Of a stretch of DNA of 64,000 bases, positions 41,640 through 53,781 are shown piece after piece. The notes under the pieces were generated by a model. That model was not told the DNA's origin, did not search any database, and saw only the letters and a program-made list of their open reading frames with translations. Origin of the DNA: the human T2T-CHM13v2.0 reference genome, Homo sapiens; NCBI RefSeq assembly GCF_009914755.1, contig NC_060936.1; one strand, 5' to 3'. The position numbers and the translations under genes are program-made. The first letter of the stretch is position 1, and every line of letters begins with the position of its first letter.

Positions 41640-43005
41640 CTTAAATGATAAAATACAGAGGCATAGGGAAGACTGGTAAAAATCCAGGGAGAAAGCACCA
41701 CAAAAAATTGACGTAGATTTCATAGTTTGAGTCTAGGGAGGTTAACTGTCAACTAAAACAAAAGTAAATTTAAAATTTAACAATCTACAGACAAACAAAA
41801 CATATTCTACAGTTGCTACATTTTGTTGTCTACGAAGTTCTTTTTTTCAATCAAAAAGTAGGGGATATTTTAAAAGACAGAAAAGTGTGGGCCATAATTC
41901 GGAAAGTAGAAGGGAATAGAAAAAGATCCTGCCTGATCCCAGATGCTGACATGGATTTACAGAAGCTTTTGTAAATATATACAAATAATTAAAGAAAAAA
42001 ACATATTCAAAGAAATAAAGGAAAATATGGTATTTATGAGAGAAAGCAATTGTAACAGAGAAATGTATACTACAAAAATATAAATTTTAGAGTTAAAAAA
42101 GAAAAATAACAAGAATGAAAAATTTGCTATATTGACTCACCAACATATTGAGATGTCAAAAATATGTATTAGTAAAGTTGAATACACCTTAAGAAAAATA
42201 ATTAAATCTTAAGAATAAATAGAAAAATATTAAAGATAAATTAGCAAGACTTCTTGGATCTTTGAGACAATACCAAATGGCCCAACATCCATGTAATTCA
42301 TCCGAGGCCAAGTGAAGACCAGAAGAGGGAAAGAGACAAGGAAAGGAAAATGAAATACAGAAATAACAGTCAAAACTCACTAAATTTGGAGAAAAATGTT
42401 AACTTACAGGTCTAAGAAGTGTAACGAACTTCAAGTAGTTTAAACACAAGCAAATCACGTCAAGGTACATCATAGTCAATCTGCAAAGCACCAAAGAGAA
42501 AGAGAAAATACTGAACTCAGCCAAAAAAAAAATAAGTATTAAGACACATTACATAGAAAGAAACAAGATAACAATTAACAGCCCATTTTAACAAGAAACA
42601 GAGAATAGCATAATAACATGTTCCAATAGAACAGAATAATAAAGAATGGATTTACCGATACAACAACATGGATGTATGTCAAAAACATTATTACGTAAAA
42701 GAAGTCAGATGCAAAAGAGTACAAACATAAAGATTCCATTTATTTCTTATATATGAAATGTTAGAAAAAGGCAAAACTGTAATGTCAGAAAGCAAATCAC
42801 ATTTGCCTGTGTCTGGAGTTAGGGAACAGGGATTTCCATCAAAAGATCATAGGGAGATTTGGGGGATATGATGGGAATATTGTCTATCTTCTAGGAAGTA
42901 GTGGTTACAAAGCTGTAAACATTTGTAAAGCTGATTGAAGTGTATACCTAAGAAAGGTGAAATTCACTGTAGGCAAATTATATCTCAATAAAACTGTTTT
43001 TTAAA
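41640..43005 (+). mobile_element. Old L1M fragments (ORF1 region and 3' end)
   Basis: A-rich strand bias; 3' motifs 'caacatggatg…aagaagtcagatgcaaaagagtaca…aattatatctcaataaa'. Confidence 0.7.
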
Positions 43006-45547
43006 AAAATCTTGTTTCTAATGTCCTGAAACCATTACAAATCAGGATTCTTTTGATCACAAGAGAAAAAAATCCATTTATTGTCCTAATCAAAAAATAG
43101 TAATTCATAAGCTCTTGTAAGTGAACATGCCAGAGATAGCTTTAAGTATGGATGAATCTAAGGAGTCAAAGATCGACTGGGAATTTGTTCTCTTCATCTT
43201 TCACCCGTGCTTCCTTAGTGAGGGTTTTCCTCTCAGGCAGGTTATCCCTTCACAGGAAGATGGCAGCTGGAAGCTCGGTTGTTCTGACAATAGCCTTGGG
43301 ACTGATAATCACTGGGCCCTCATAGGCCAAGTGATGTGAACCAATCATGGTGGCTAGAGAGATGGTATATGCCAGTTGACTAGAACCATCACCAGCTAAA
43401 CCTCATGGTCCAAGAGCCAGGAAGAGATGGTTTCCCAAAGGAAAATCAGAGTGTTATGACCAGAAGAATTCATAATCAGCAGGCCAGTGCAATGGACATC
43501 ATTCCATGTGTTATGATTGGGAAAGGAAAAGCAAGCTCACCTTTTATGGCCATCTTCCATGTTCTGAGGATGTATTCTAAATGATTCATGGATTCTCATG
43601 GCTACAACCATTGCAGTGGATATGAAAGGATTTATTCCAGCTACAAACTACAAATAATTTCCATAAGGCTCCTCTTACCTAACTCATGGGCAGCAAGTGC
43701 ATGTGCAAGTTCCTGATGCAGTATAAAGTGCAATAGTCTTTGAGTCACTTCATTTATACCATCATTAACTCGCCTTGGGCAGCAAGCCACATGCATGGTC
43801 CTTGCCACAATACAGCAGTCTCTGTGGCACCTTATATATGCCAACACTGAGCCTCCTCCCCTTGTGATTATGGCGCCCGCACAGCCCTGAAGTTTGAAGT
43901 TATTCAGCATTTGATAGTGCCTCTCTCCTGTAAGTCAAGCCCAAGCTTATAGTCACTGAGTCATGCAGCCATTTGACCAATAACAGCAATCAATTCAAAC
44001 CTGAGTCTTGCTCACTCAGTGCCGTTGTTCTAATTCTATTCTTCTCTGGAAGACAGGGGCCTTTCTAGGTATTCAATACTTACTGTGTTATTGAATTCTT
44101 GGAACTCTGTGATGCCTGTGTATAATCATCCCCATTTCATTGTCTGTGCATGATCTGTCAACACTTTATACCCATCGCCTCCTCTATCTTCCCTCTGTGT
44201 GCTCTCCATGCTACCCTGGTCACACAGAGCTCCTTGCTGTTTCTTTAAGACACCAAATAGGCATCCATTTCAAGGTCTTGCTAATTGTGGTTTCCCATTC
44301 CTGGAATGGATGTCTCCAAAATAATAGTTTTATTCATTTTTGCACTTCCTTTGGGCCTTGCTGAAATAGCATCTTATGCTTCCATGAAAGACTTCTATGG
44401 GCACTCTACGTAAAACAGCATCACACTTAGTGTCTCAAATAGATTGCTAAATAAATTTACTTACTGGGTTTTAGAGATGAATAACTTGGAGCTCAGGGTG
44501 ATTACAAGTCTTAGCTGAGCAGGCATAGCTGAAAAGCAGCACAGCTAGGATTTTAGCTGTGTTTTCCAGGCTTTACACATGCTCTTCCCATGACACCATA
44601 CTTCTATCAAACATTGAACACAATGGTTTAACCTTAATAAAACCAAATCTTAGAAATATCTACAACATAGAAAACTGATGAAAGCAGTGCTGCTGTCTAT
44701 TGATGAGAGAATCTGAATCGGTTGCATGAAACTCACAGAACAGTTTAGAAACCATAGTCTGGGCATACCTGGGCCTCAGAACTCACCTACTTCAACCCTG
44801 CACACCTCGGCTCAGGACCCTAAAACTCAGACAGTTTAAGGGGCACCTCTTCAGGTGACACAGTTTGGGCCTCCCAGCCCTTTGTTCAGAGCCCTTTCCA
44901 CTGACTGTGGTTGGTACAGGCACAATCAACAGGTCATAGACTGCAGATCAGGACCCATGTCCTAGTCTGGGAATGGGGATTTTTCTGAGCAACAATTTCT
45001 CTGAGCAAATCGTTTTTATTCTCCATGGGCTCCATCCAACAATGATGAAAAAGGCCAGGCTCACCATAAAAAATGAGGACTGAGCCCTAGTTAGCTGACA
45101 TAATTGTAATAGTTACAATTAATTAAGTAATTGTCATGTGGTAGGTACTGTTAAAGCTCACTATTTGTGTTAATCCATTGACTCTACCTCACCCTATGAG
45201 ATAGTGTATCTCTCAGTCCTAGTTTGGTAGCAAATATCACAGCAAACCTTAGTTGCTTCACACACAAAGATGTTTTTCTTGTTCACTGGTTTCTTGACCT
45301 ATGTACCAATCACTGATTAGTTGAATATTCCCAACCACACTGTTACCACAGAAAACACAGGAAGCTGAAACTGGAATATTGCTAGTCATCATGGTAGAAA
45401 GAAAAAAAGAACTATGGATGCCACAGTGATTAAATGCCCTGCAGCATGAGTGACATGTTATTACTTTTGTTCACAAATCAGTGGTCAACGTTGCATGACT
45501 CTATGGCCCCACCTAGCACTTAGACAGTAAGGAAATGCAGCCCCACC

Positions 45548-45923
45548 TGTCTTAGTCAATATTGGCTGCTATAACAAAATACCACAGACTCATTGACTTA
45601 AAAACAAACATTTATTTCTCATCATTCTGGAGGCTGATAGTCCAAAAATGGGCTGTCAGCATGGCTGGGTTCTCGTGTGGGCTCTTTTTCTGGTGTACAG
45701 ACAGCTGCTTTCTCATTGTTTCCTCTCATAGCAGAGAGAGGTCATCTGTCTCATGTCTCTTCTAAGGGCACAAATCTCATTCTTGAGAGCCCCATCCTCA
45801 TGGCCTAATCACCTCCTGCCTAATCACCTCATGGCCTAATCACCTAAAAACCCTCGCCTGCACGTACCATCCCACTGGGTGTAAGGGCTTCAACATATGA
45901 ATTTTGTGGACACAATCAGTCCA
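45548..45923 (-). mobile_element. MLT1A/MST-like MaLR solo LTR
   Basis: 'tgtcttagtc…gctgctataacaaaataccacagact…ggcttcaacatatgaatttt'. Confidence 0.8.
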
Positions 45924-46741
45924 GATGCTTTTTAGGGCAGCAGTCCACATGCCCTAAAGTTAAAGAGCTAAAATATGATGAGCAGTGTATGTGCCTGTCT
46001 CAAACAGTTGCTGATCCACTAGGTGTTGATATGAACCCTATTTTATACATAAGAAAGTTGACATACAGAGAAGGTGACATCACCCAACTTCATCCAACAA
46101 ACGAGTGGCATAGCTGGGGTTTGAGCCAGTGGTCTGGCGCCAGAGCCTGCCTTCCACATCACACCTCATCATACCCCACTGTGTGGTCAGCAGCATTCAG
46201 CGAGAGCCTGCCTGTGGTCAGTATTGCAGTTTCCTCTAAAAAGAGCAGATAGAGCACTGTTGTCATTCTTTCCCAGCCTCCTCAGACAAGAAGGATGGTA
46301 TTTTTGCTGTACCCTAGAGGTTCTAGAAGGGAAAACTAGAATGGCGTTGGGATTCTATGGGCTGATGAGCCCTGTCCACAAGGGCCACCACTGGGAAAAG
46401 GTAGAATGAGGCTTGGGATTTTAGGGTGCAGTGATACTCACCAGATGCCAGTGCTGGTCTCTTACCCCTAAACTTTTCCAGTCCAGGAAGCGGTTTGGGA
46501 TGTGGCATCAGGTCTGTATCATTGAGCAGGCTCTCCTGGCCTCCTTATCGGTCACCACCTCTGCACCTGGTGTCCTGAAACTGAGCCTGGCTCCAGGCAA
46601 ACCACCCACTCATGAGCTCCCAGCATCTCCCTGTGGTGGGGGAACTTTATGTACTGCGACTTGGGTCATTACATGAATTGTGAGCAGGGTTCATTTACTT
46701 TAAACACAGGTGTTTACAAAACAAATATCTCCAACTGAACA

Positions 46742-46743
<2 letters not shown>

Positions 46744-46776
<33 letters not shown>
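46744..46776. repeat. (CA)n microsatellite
   Basis: Direct observation. Confidence 0.95.
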
Positions 46777-46781
<5 letters not shown>

Positions 46782-47305
46782 CTTCATGCTGACAGTAGGT
46801 TCCACTTCCAAGCTAGGAATTGTTGCTCAAAGACTTTTAGGCGTCAGAACTAAAAGTCAGATGGGACAATTGGCCTGAGTTTTAACTAAGGAAAAACCTC
46901 AAGGATAGATATTGTATCTTATCTCCAAATAAGGCCATGTACACAGAGGGTATATAGCCACAGAAACACTTCATCAGCATTAGAATAAGAATATGGTCTC
47001 ACCTAAATGTGTACTTGAGTCCCAGTGTCATATATCTATTGTATATTTGCAGAGGTGATATCTACCATAGTTAAAGCTGTGAGAGCATGGACCTGCCCAT
47101 ACTACTAGTGGAAGTCAGACATAAAAGGTCAGTATACACACACCAGTGCCCACAGAGAAATATCAGCCCTGCACATTTGGGAAACTCTATTTTTGAAAAT
47201 AAATCCCGTAATTTTCTTTTGAATCACGTTAGTATTTTTTATCTGGGTTAAAGGCATTGGTGTAATAAACATAAACATTTAAATAACACCACACTTTTTA
47301 AACCC

Positions 47306-47757
47306 TGTTTTTATTAGTTTTCCATGGTACTGTAATAAATTATGATAAACTTAGTGTCTCAGAGCAACGTACATTTATTATCTGAGAGCCTGGAGGTTAG
47401 AAGACAAAAACAGGTTTCGCCAGACTAAAATCAATTGTCCACAGCACTGCATTCCTCCTGGAGGTCCAGGGAAGAATCTACCTTCAAAGCCAGCAATGCC
47501 CAGCACCATCTTCCTCGGGTTGTGTCACTCTGGTCTCTGCTTCTGTCACAATACCTCCTTCTCTGACTCTCTGCCTCCACTTATTTATCTAAAAGGCTTT
47601 GCTATTAGATTGGGCCCACCTCAATAATCCAGGATTGTCTCCTTAATCTCAATGTCCTTAATTTCGTCACATCTGAAAAGTCCTTTCTGCCATGTAAGTT
47701 AACATAAACACTGGTTCCAGGCATTGGGATATGGACACTTTGGGATTAATTATTCTG
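47306..47757 (-). mobile_element. MLT1C/D MaLR solo LTR
   Basis: 'tattagttttcc…cttcaaagccagcaat…gattgggcccacc…ataatccagga…gccatgtaag'. Confidence 0.8.
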
Positions 47758-47925
47758 CAGTGTTCTTTTTTAAAAAAATGTTTCAGGAGCTTTGTACACA
47801 GAAGTGTTCTTGACTTTCTTCTACACTGAGGTCCATGTTCTTGGCAGGGGCTGTGGCCGCAGACAACACACTCCCTGCTGTGTTCCAGAGACACCGCCAG
47901 CAGCCAGTGGGCCCGGAACCCCAGA

Positions 47926-48074
47926 AATGTTCTCCTACCTGGGATGCCTCTAATGTTCTCCCACCTGGTGTACCTCTAATGTTCTCCCACCTGGGATACC
48001 CCTAGTGTTCTCCCACCTGGGGTATCTCTAATGTTCTTCCACCTGGGGTACCTCTAATGTTCTCCCACCTGGGA
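47926..48074 (+). repeat. Minisatellite, 26-bp unit x ~5.7
   Basis: Consensus aatgttctcccacctggggtacctct. Confidence 0.95.
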
Positions 48075-48299
48075 AGCACCTCGCCTGGAAAACTGACACT
48101 TCAAAACTCTTTGGGGTGACTGAGAAAGCCTTTTTCGTTACTCTCATTCTGGTTTCCTAAACCAGAATTAGAAGCTCATTATTTCAGGAAAGAAAGCATG
48201 AGTCTCAACAGAGCCTATTTGTGTAAGGTCTGTATTTTGTTTGTAAAGCAAAACAATTTGGATATCTCTATCTACCTATCTATATAGATACATGGAACC

Positions 48300-48470
48300 A
48301 ATTTTAATAGATGTAGAATTTCAGTTTTACAAGATGAAAGGAGTTACAGGGGTGGATGGTGGCGATGGTCATACAATATTATGAATGTGTTTAATACCTC
48401 TGAACTGTGCACTTAAAAATAATTAAGATGGTAAATTTTATATGTGTATTTTACCACAATAAAACATAAT
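48300..48470 (+). mobile_element. L1MB 3' end
   Basis: 'tttcagttttacaagatgaaa…gaactgtgcacttaaaaat…gtaaattttatatgtgtattttaccacaataaaa'. Confidence 0.8.
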
Positions 48471-49301
48471 TTTATAAAACTGAACTAGAAGGTTAATTGC
48501 TTTATTCTGAACACATCGAAGGTGTATGCTGAATGTCACTCCCAGGAACGCTTGACTGGAACGCAGGGGCCTGGTGGTGTGGTCTTGGGCCAATCTATCC
48601 ACTTTGTGGGTCTTGATTTTCACAACTATAAAATGGGCATAATGCCAGTTGCCATTCTGGATTCTCCACCCAAGTGCTCAAGACAAAATCCTATGTGTAC
48701 CCCCTACTTTCTCTTTTTTCCTGAGCCCCCACATCGAGGCTCCTGTCCTTTCAGCTGAGAAACATTTAATGAAACCCAGCCTCTTCTCCCCACACCAGTG
48801 CCACCACCAGGATCAAGCCAGCAGCACTTCCCACTGCAAGAGCTTCCCAGTGGGCTCCTTGTTCCCGCCTGAAGCCTGAAGACTCTTCTCCTCACTGCAG
48901 CCACATCGCTTAATCCTTTCAAAGCTCACATCTGATTATGGCACCACCAGCATTAACGTCATATGGCTTCTTACTGAGCTCAGAATGCAGACTCCAATCT
49001 TTATGGCCTTCAGGGCCCTTCCCGGTCTGACCCATCTGAGATCCCAGCTGCATCTGGCCCCTCTCAACAACCTCTTCCCTGTACCCGTTATCTGGCCACA
49101 ACACTGCACGTCCCCTGCTCTCTCTGTCCTGCCGCAGAGCATTTGAATTGTTCTTCCCTGCCTTGAATGCTCTCCCCATGCCCCCTAGGTCTAGTCAGCC
49201 CATTCGAGATTGTCATTCATTCAACAGCTGTCAACTGGGCACCCACTGCGTGTTTGATCATGTGTTTAGTGGGATCCTTATGGGATGAATGTCTTCCTCC
49301 A

Positions 49302-49345
49302 ACACACACACACGTGTGCGCGCGCGCGCACACACACACACACAC
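49302..49345. repeat. Compound (CA)n(GT)2(GC)n(AC)n, uninterrupted alternating purine/pyrimidine
   Basis: Direct observation. Confidence 0.95.
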
Positions 49346-49720
49346 TGCCGCCAAGTCCCATGTGTTTTTCCAGGGTTAAGCTGACCTTAGTCCTCTACCA
49401 CCCACCAACCAGCCCCAAATGCAACCGTCATAGGAAAAATGCAAGAGCAGAAGACATAAGAAGAAGGGACAGGGAAAGGAGAAAAAAGAAAGAAAAGATA
49501 AATATTTTTAAAAATAAAGGAAAAAAGAAAAAGGAATGGAATGAGAGAAAGAGGGAGGCAGGCTGAAGGGATGCTCCTCAGAAGGTGGCATCCAAAAAGC
49601 CAAGGTGGCTGCAACTGTTACCTCCATCTCTCTTTCAGCTCTTATTTCAACATACATTTTTTGAACATCCATGAGATGTCAGGTTCTCTTCCAGGTGGTG
49701 CGTATACGAAAGTATGAAGA

Positions 49721-49986
49721 CGCCTGTAATCCCAGCACTTCGGGAGGCCAAGGCGGGCAGATTACAAGGTCAAGAGATGGAGACCATCCTGGCCAATATG
49801 GTGAAACCCTGTCTCTACTAAAAATACAAAAATTTGCTACTTGGCAGGCTGAGGCAGGAGAATCGCGTGAACTCAGGTGGCAGAGGTTGCAGTGAGCTGA
49901 GATCGTGCCACTACATTCCAGCCTTATGACAGGGTAAGACTTCATCTCAAAAAATAAAATGAAATAAAATAAAATAAAATAAATGT
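49721..49986 (+). mobile_element. AluSc-like, 5'-truncated with internal deletion, inside an L2
   Basis: 'caagagatggagaccatcctggcc'; TSD aagtatgaaga at 49710-49720 and 49987-49997. Confidence 0.88.
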
Positions 49987-51189
49987 AAGTATGAAGATAA
50001 ACATGAGCTGCCCTCATGGAGCTGACATTCTCCTGAAGACAGAGAAAAGTCAGCAAACAAATAAATGTAATAAGATTTAGAACAGTGCCAAATGCCATGA
50101 AAGGAAGAAAAAAGATAGGACAGGAAGACCAGGCAGGAGACGAGGACAGGCATCTGGCAGGAGATGGTGGTGGCTGGGCTCCGCTGCTGGTGGTGAGGCA
50201 GAGTAGAGGGTTAACTCCGGATATATTTTGGAGGTTACAGCCACTAGAACTTGCTGATGGACTGAATATGATTCTTGAAAATGGAGAAGCATCCTGGGTG
50301 ACTCCTCTATTTTTATTCCAAGCAGTGGGATGATGGTGGTGCCATTTGCTGATTAGGGGAGACTGATGGAAAATTCTGTCAACACAAAAATGGGACTTGA
50401 AGAACCTCATGAACTCTGGAATTACCGAAAGCTTAGTAAACCCTTTACAAATTAGGTTCCCAGAAACAAATGCCACAGGCAGAGTTAATTAACAGGAATT
50501 TCACTGAATGAGAGGCTTGTTCTTAGAGTTACAAATGATGCCCTTTGAACGGCAACTCACATCAGAATCACTAAGTATTCAGCCCATGGACTGGGAGCAG
50601 AAAGTTGAATCTATTAGTAGTGGAACAAGAATGAATTTCTGGTGAAAACACAAATGGCCCGTGGCCAAGTGACTGTCTAACAACTGATCACTTGCAGTGT
50701 GCTTGCTGGTGTGCCACTGAAGAAGGTCTGCGTGTCTCATCTGAAATGTGAAGGCCAACAGCAGTATCACTGAAATCAGTAACAGTGCATGGTCCTCATC
50801 ACCGATTGCCAAACATTTCAGAGGAAAGAACTGGGACTTGGAAGGTGTGGATTTTAAGGTCTGTTTAGGCGCTGCCTGGCTGGGTACAATAAACACATTC
50901 TTTGAACCAGAGTAATAACAGGATAAATGACCTGGGAAAGGTCACCCCGTGCCTCAGTTTCCCTTGGAGGGTGACCTTAATTAGATGATCAACAATGTTT
51001 CCATACAAATCAGATACACTCTGTGGGCTTTCAGCTGCCGAAACACAGCGGACAGAGACATGAGATGGGGATGGCGAAGCCGACGCCACCAGGAGCCGAG
51101 CGTGCACGTGGGGGAAGCAGGCCTGGCTGGGGATGGGCGCAGTGTGGAGATCTGCAGAGTTTCAGGGTGGTGGATGAATGTGTGGACTC

Positions 51190-51360
51190 TGGAGTCAAGT
51201 GGCCTCTGGGGAGGTGCTGTCATCCCCGTGTTGTAGGCGGGGACACTGAGGCTCAGGGACATCCAGGGACTTGCCCCAGGTCCCACAGCCAATAAGTGGC
51301 AGAGCAGATATTTGAAGCCAGGTTGGCCTGGCTCTAGGACCCAATGCTCCTAACTCTGTG
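51190..51360 (-). mobile_element. MIR SINE
   Basis: 'ggacactgaggctcaggg…gacttgccccaggtcccacagccaataagtggcagagc'. Confidence 0.8.
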
Positions 51361-51763
51361 CTTTAGAGGAGCTTTGCCATCTGTGGTCCTGATATGCCAC
51401 CTCCTAGATTTCCCTGCTCAGCCTGGCCAAGACAAGAACAGGACCAGATGTCCCCATCCAGGAAGAAGCTGACTCAGCTTCTACCTCTGCTCCCCTCTGC
51501 CTTTGTCATGTGGAAAGAGCCAGGAATGCCATCAATCAATCAGTCTCTCTCTCATCTCTCTCTCCCTCTTTACCTCACTTTCTCTCTCCCTCTCCCTCCC
51601 TTTCCTCCCACTTTTCTCACTCTCTCTCCCTTCCCTCCCTTCCTCTGTCCCAGTTATGATATCCATTCTCAGAGCCAAAGTCAAGAGCAGGATGTCTATT
51701 TAAATAGGAGTTAATTCCAGAAATACAAAACAATTAAGTAATCTACCATATTAACAGTGTAAA

Positions 51764-51803
<40 letters not shown>

Positions 51804-52629
51804 AATCCTGTCCATTGAGGCAGAAAAGGCATTTGATAAAATTCAACAGCCACTAATGACAAAAATTCTAGGCAAACTAGGAATAAAATTCAATTCCTTT
51901 ACCCCAATTAAAAAGTATCTAAAAATATTAATAGCTAAGAACATACTTAATGATTAAAGACTGAATATTTTCCCTTTAAAAAAAAACAGAAAAAGATGAG
52001 TTTGTTTGCTGTTACAACTACTATTCAACGTAGTGACTGAAGTCCTAGCCAGTGCAATAAGGCAAGACACATAAGTAAAAAGGCCCGCAGATTGGAAAAG
52101 AAGAAATAAAGTGTTTCTGTTTACAGATAATAAAAATATCTTCATAGGAGATTTGAAGAAATCTATACAAAAATTGCTAGAAACATAAAAGGAATTAGTT
52201 GTAGAAGGTTGCAGAATACAAGGACAATGTGAAAAAAATCAACGTATTTCTATCTGAATGAGGAACTGGAAACTGAATTTAAAACATAATACCATTTAGA
52301 GTAGCAACAAAAATGAAATATTTATATATAAATCTAACAAAACACAGACATTGTATGCTAAAAACTTCAAAATGTGATAAAACACAGTGGAGATATACTG
52401 CATTCATTCATTTTAATCAACATCAGAAAAATGAAAATTCTCCCCAAATATATGAGTAAGATTAATGCTATTCCTTTCCAAATCTTAGCAGAAATTGTTT
52501 ATAGACATAGAAACTTATTTTAAAATGTATAAAGAAAGACTATGGGAATATAATAGGGAAAACAATTTGCAAAAGAAAAGTGAGAAAAACCATGTTGTCC
52601 AATGTTGAAACTTTGTATGTAGCTACAGA

Positions 52630-52835
52630 GGATTTCCCAACATAGGCACTGTGGAATCAAACTCTAGCGACTGTGCAGGACTCTTCTGTACAATATTGAA
52701 TTTTTAGTAGCATCACAGATCTTTACCCACTAGATGCCAGTAGCAGTATCGCCTACCAAATCATGACAATTAAAGATGTCTACAGATGGTGCTAAATTGT
52801 TACCTGTGTGGCAAAGTCACCCCAGATGAGGACAA
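52630..52835 (+). mobile_element. MER20-like hAT element
   Basis: 'tttagtagcatc…tacccactagatgccagtagca…atgtctacaga'. Confidence 0.7.
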
Positions 52836-53483
52836 TAATAGTGAAAACATTATGATTGTCAGAGGGGTCAACACACAGGTCAACGAAGCAGAATAAAGAC
52901 CCCAGAAATATAACCACATAACGATGGCAAACTAATTCTTTTGCATAGGTGCAAAAGCAATTCGATGGAGAAAAGATAGTCTTTTCAATAAATAAAGTTG
53001 AACAAGCAGATATCCACATGCAAAAACATAAATAAAATAAAATAAAAACCTCAATAAACAACTTAATTCTTAAACGTTGCACAAAATCTTCCTCAAAAGG
53101 GTTCACAGATCTATAAATAATATGAAGAATTATAAAGCTTTTAAGAGAAAATTTATTGCGGCCTGGGGTTATAATAAAGGGTTTTATTTCTTTGGCATAA
53201 CACCAAATACATGATCCATAAAAGAAAAATTCAGTAAATTAGACTTTGTGAAAACTAAAATCTTTTGCTCTGCGGAAGAAACTATAAAGAAAATGAAAAT
53301 ACAAGCTATAGACTGAAATAACATATTTGTAAATTGCATATCCAACTAAGGCTTTAACATTTAAAATGTATAAACAATTCACAAAACTCAATAATAAGCA
53401 ATCTAACAGCCTGATTAAAACATAGGCAAAAGACTTGAACATTTCACCAAAGAATACATTCACATAGCAAAAAAGCAAATGAA

Positions 53484-53781
53484 GCCGGGCGAGGTGGCTC
53501 ACGCCTGTAATCCCAGCACTTTGGGAGGCCGAGGCGGGGGGGGATCACGAGGTCAGGAGATCGAGACCATCCTGGCCAACAGGGTGAAACCCCGTCGCTA
53601 CTAAAAATACAAAAAAAAATTAGCTGGGCGTGGTAGCAGGCGCCTGTAGTCCCAGCTACTCCAGAGGCTGAGGCGGGAGAATGGCGTGAACCTGAGAGGC
53701 GGAGCTTGCAGTGAGCCAAGATCACGCTACTGCATTCCAGCCGGGGGGAACATGCGAGACTGTCTCAAAAAAAAAAAAAAA
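53484..53781 (+). mobile_element. AluY-like
   Basis: 'gagatcgagaccatcctgg', 'gaatggcgtgaacc', 'ggagcttgcagtgagcc'; TSD aaaaaagcaaatgaa. Confidence 0.92.

Noticed and set aside
47926-48074. CRISPR-like regular repeat
   Set aside because: Head-to-tail units with no unique spacers, in eukaryotic DNA; it is a minisatellite.
49679-50476. 265-aa ORF
   Set aside because: Runs through L2 and an antisense Alu ([13 protein letters not shown] is an Alu-derived peptide).
50610-50700. Faint exon-4-like pattern (VTW…ICV…LVPL) on the minus strand
   Set aside because: Spacing is wrong, there is no donor site, and similarity is at chance level.
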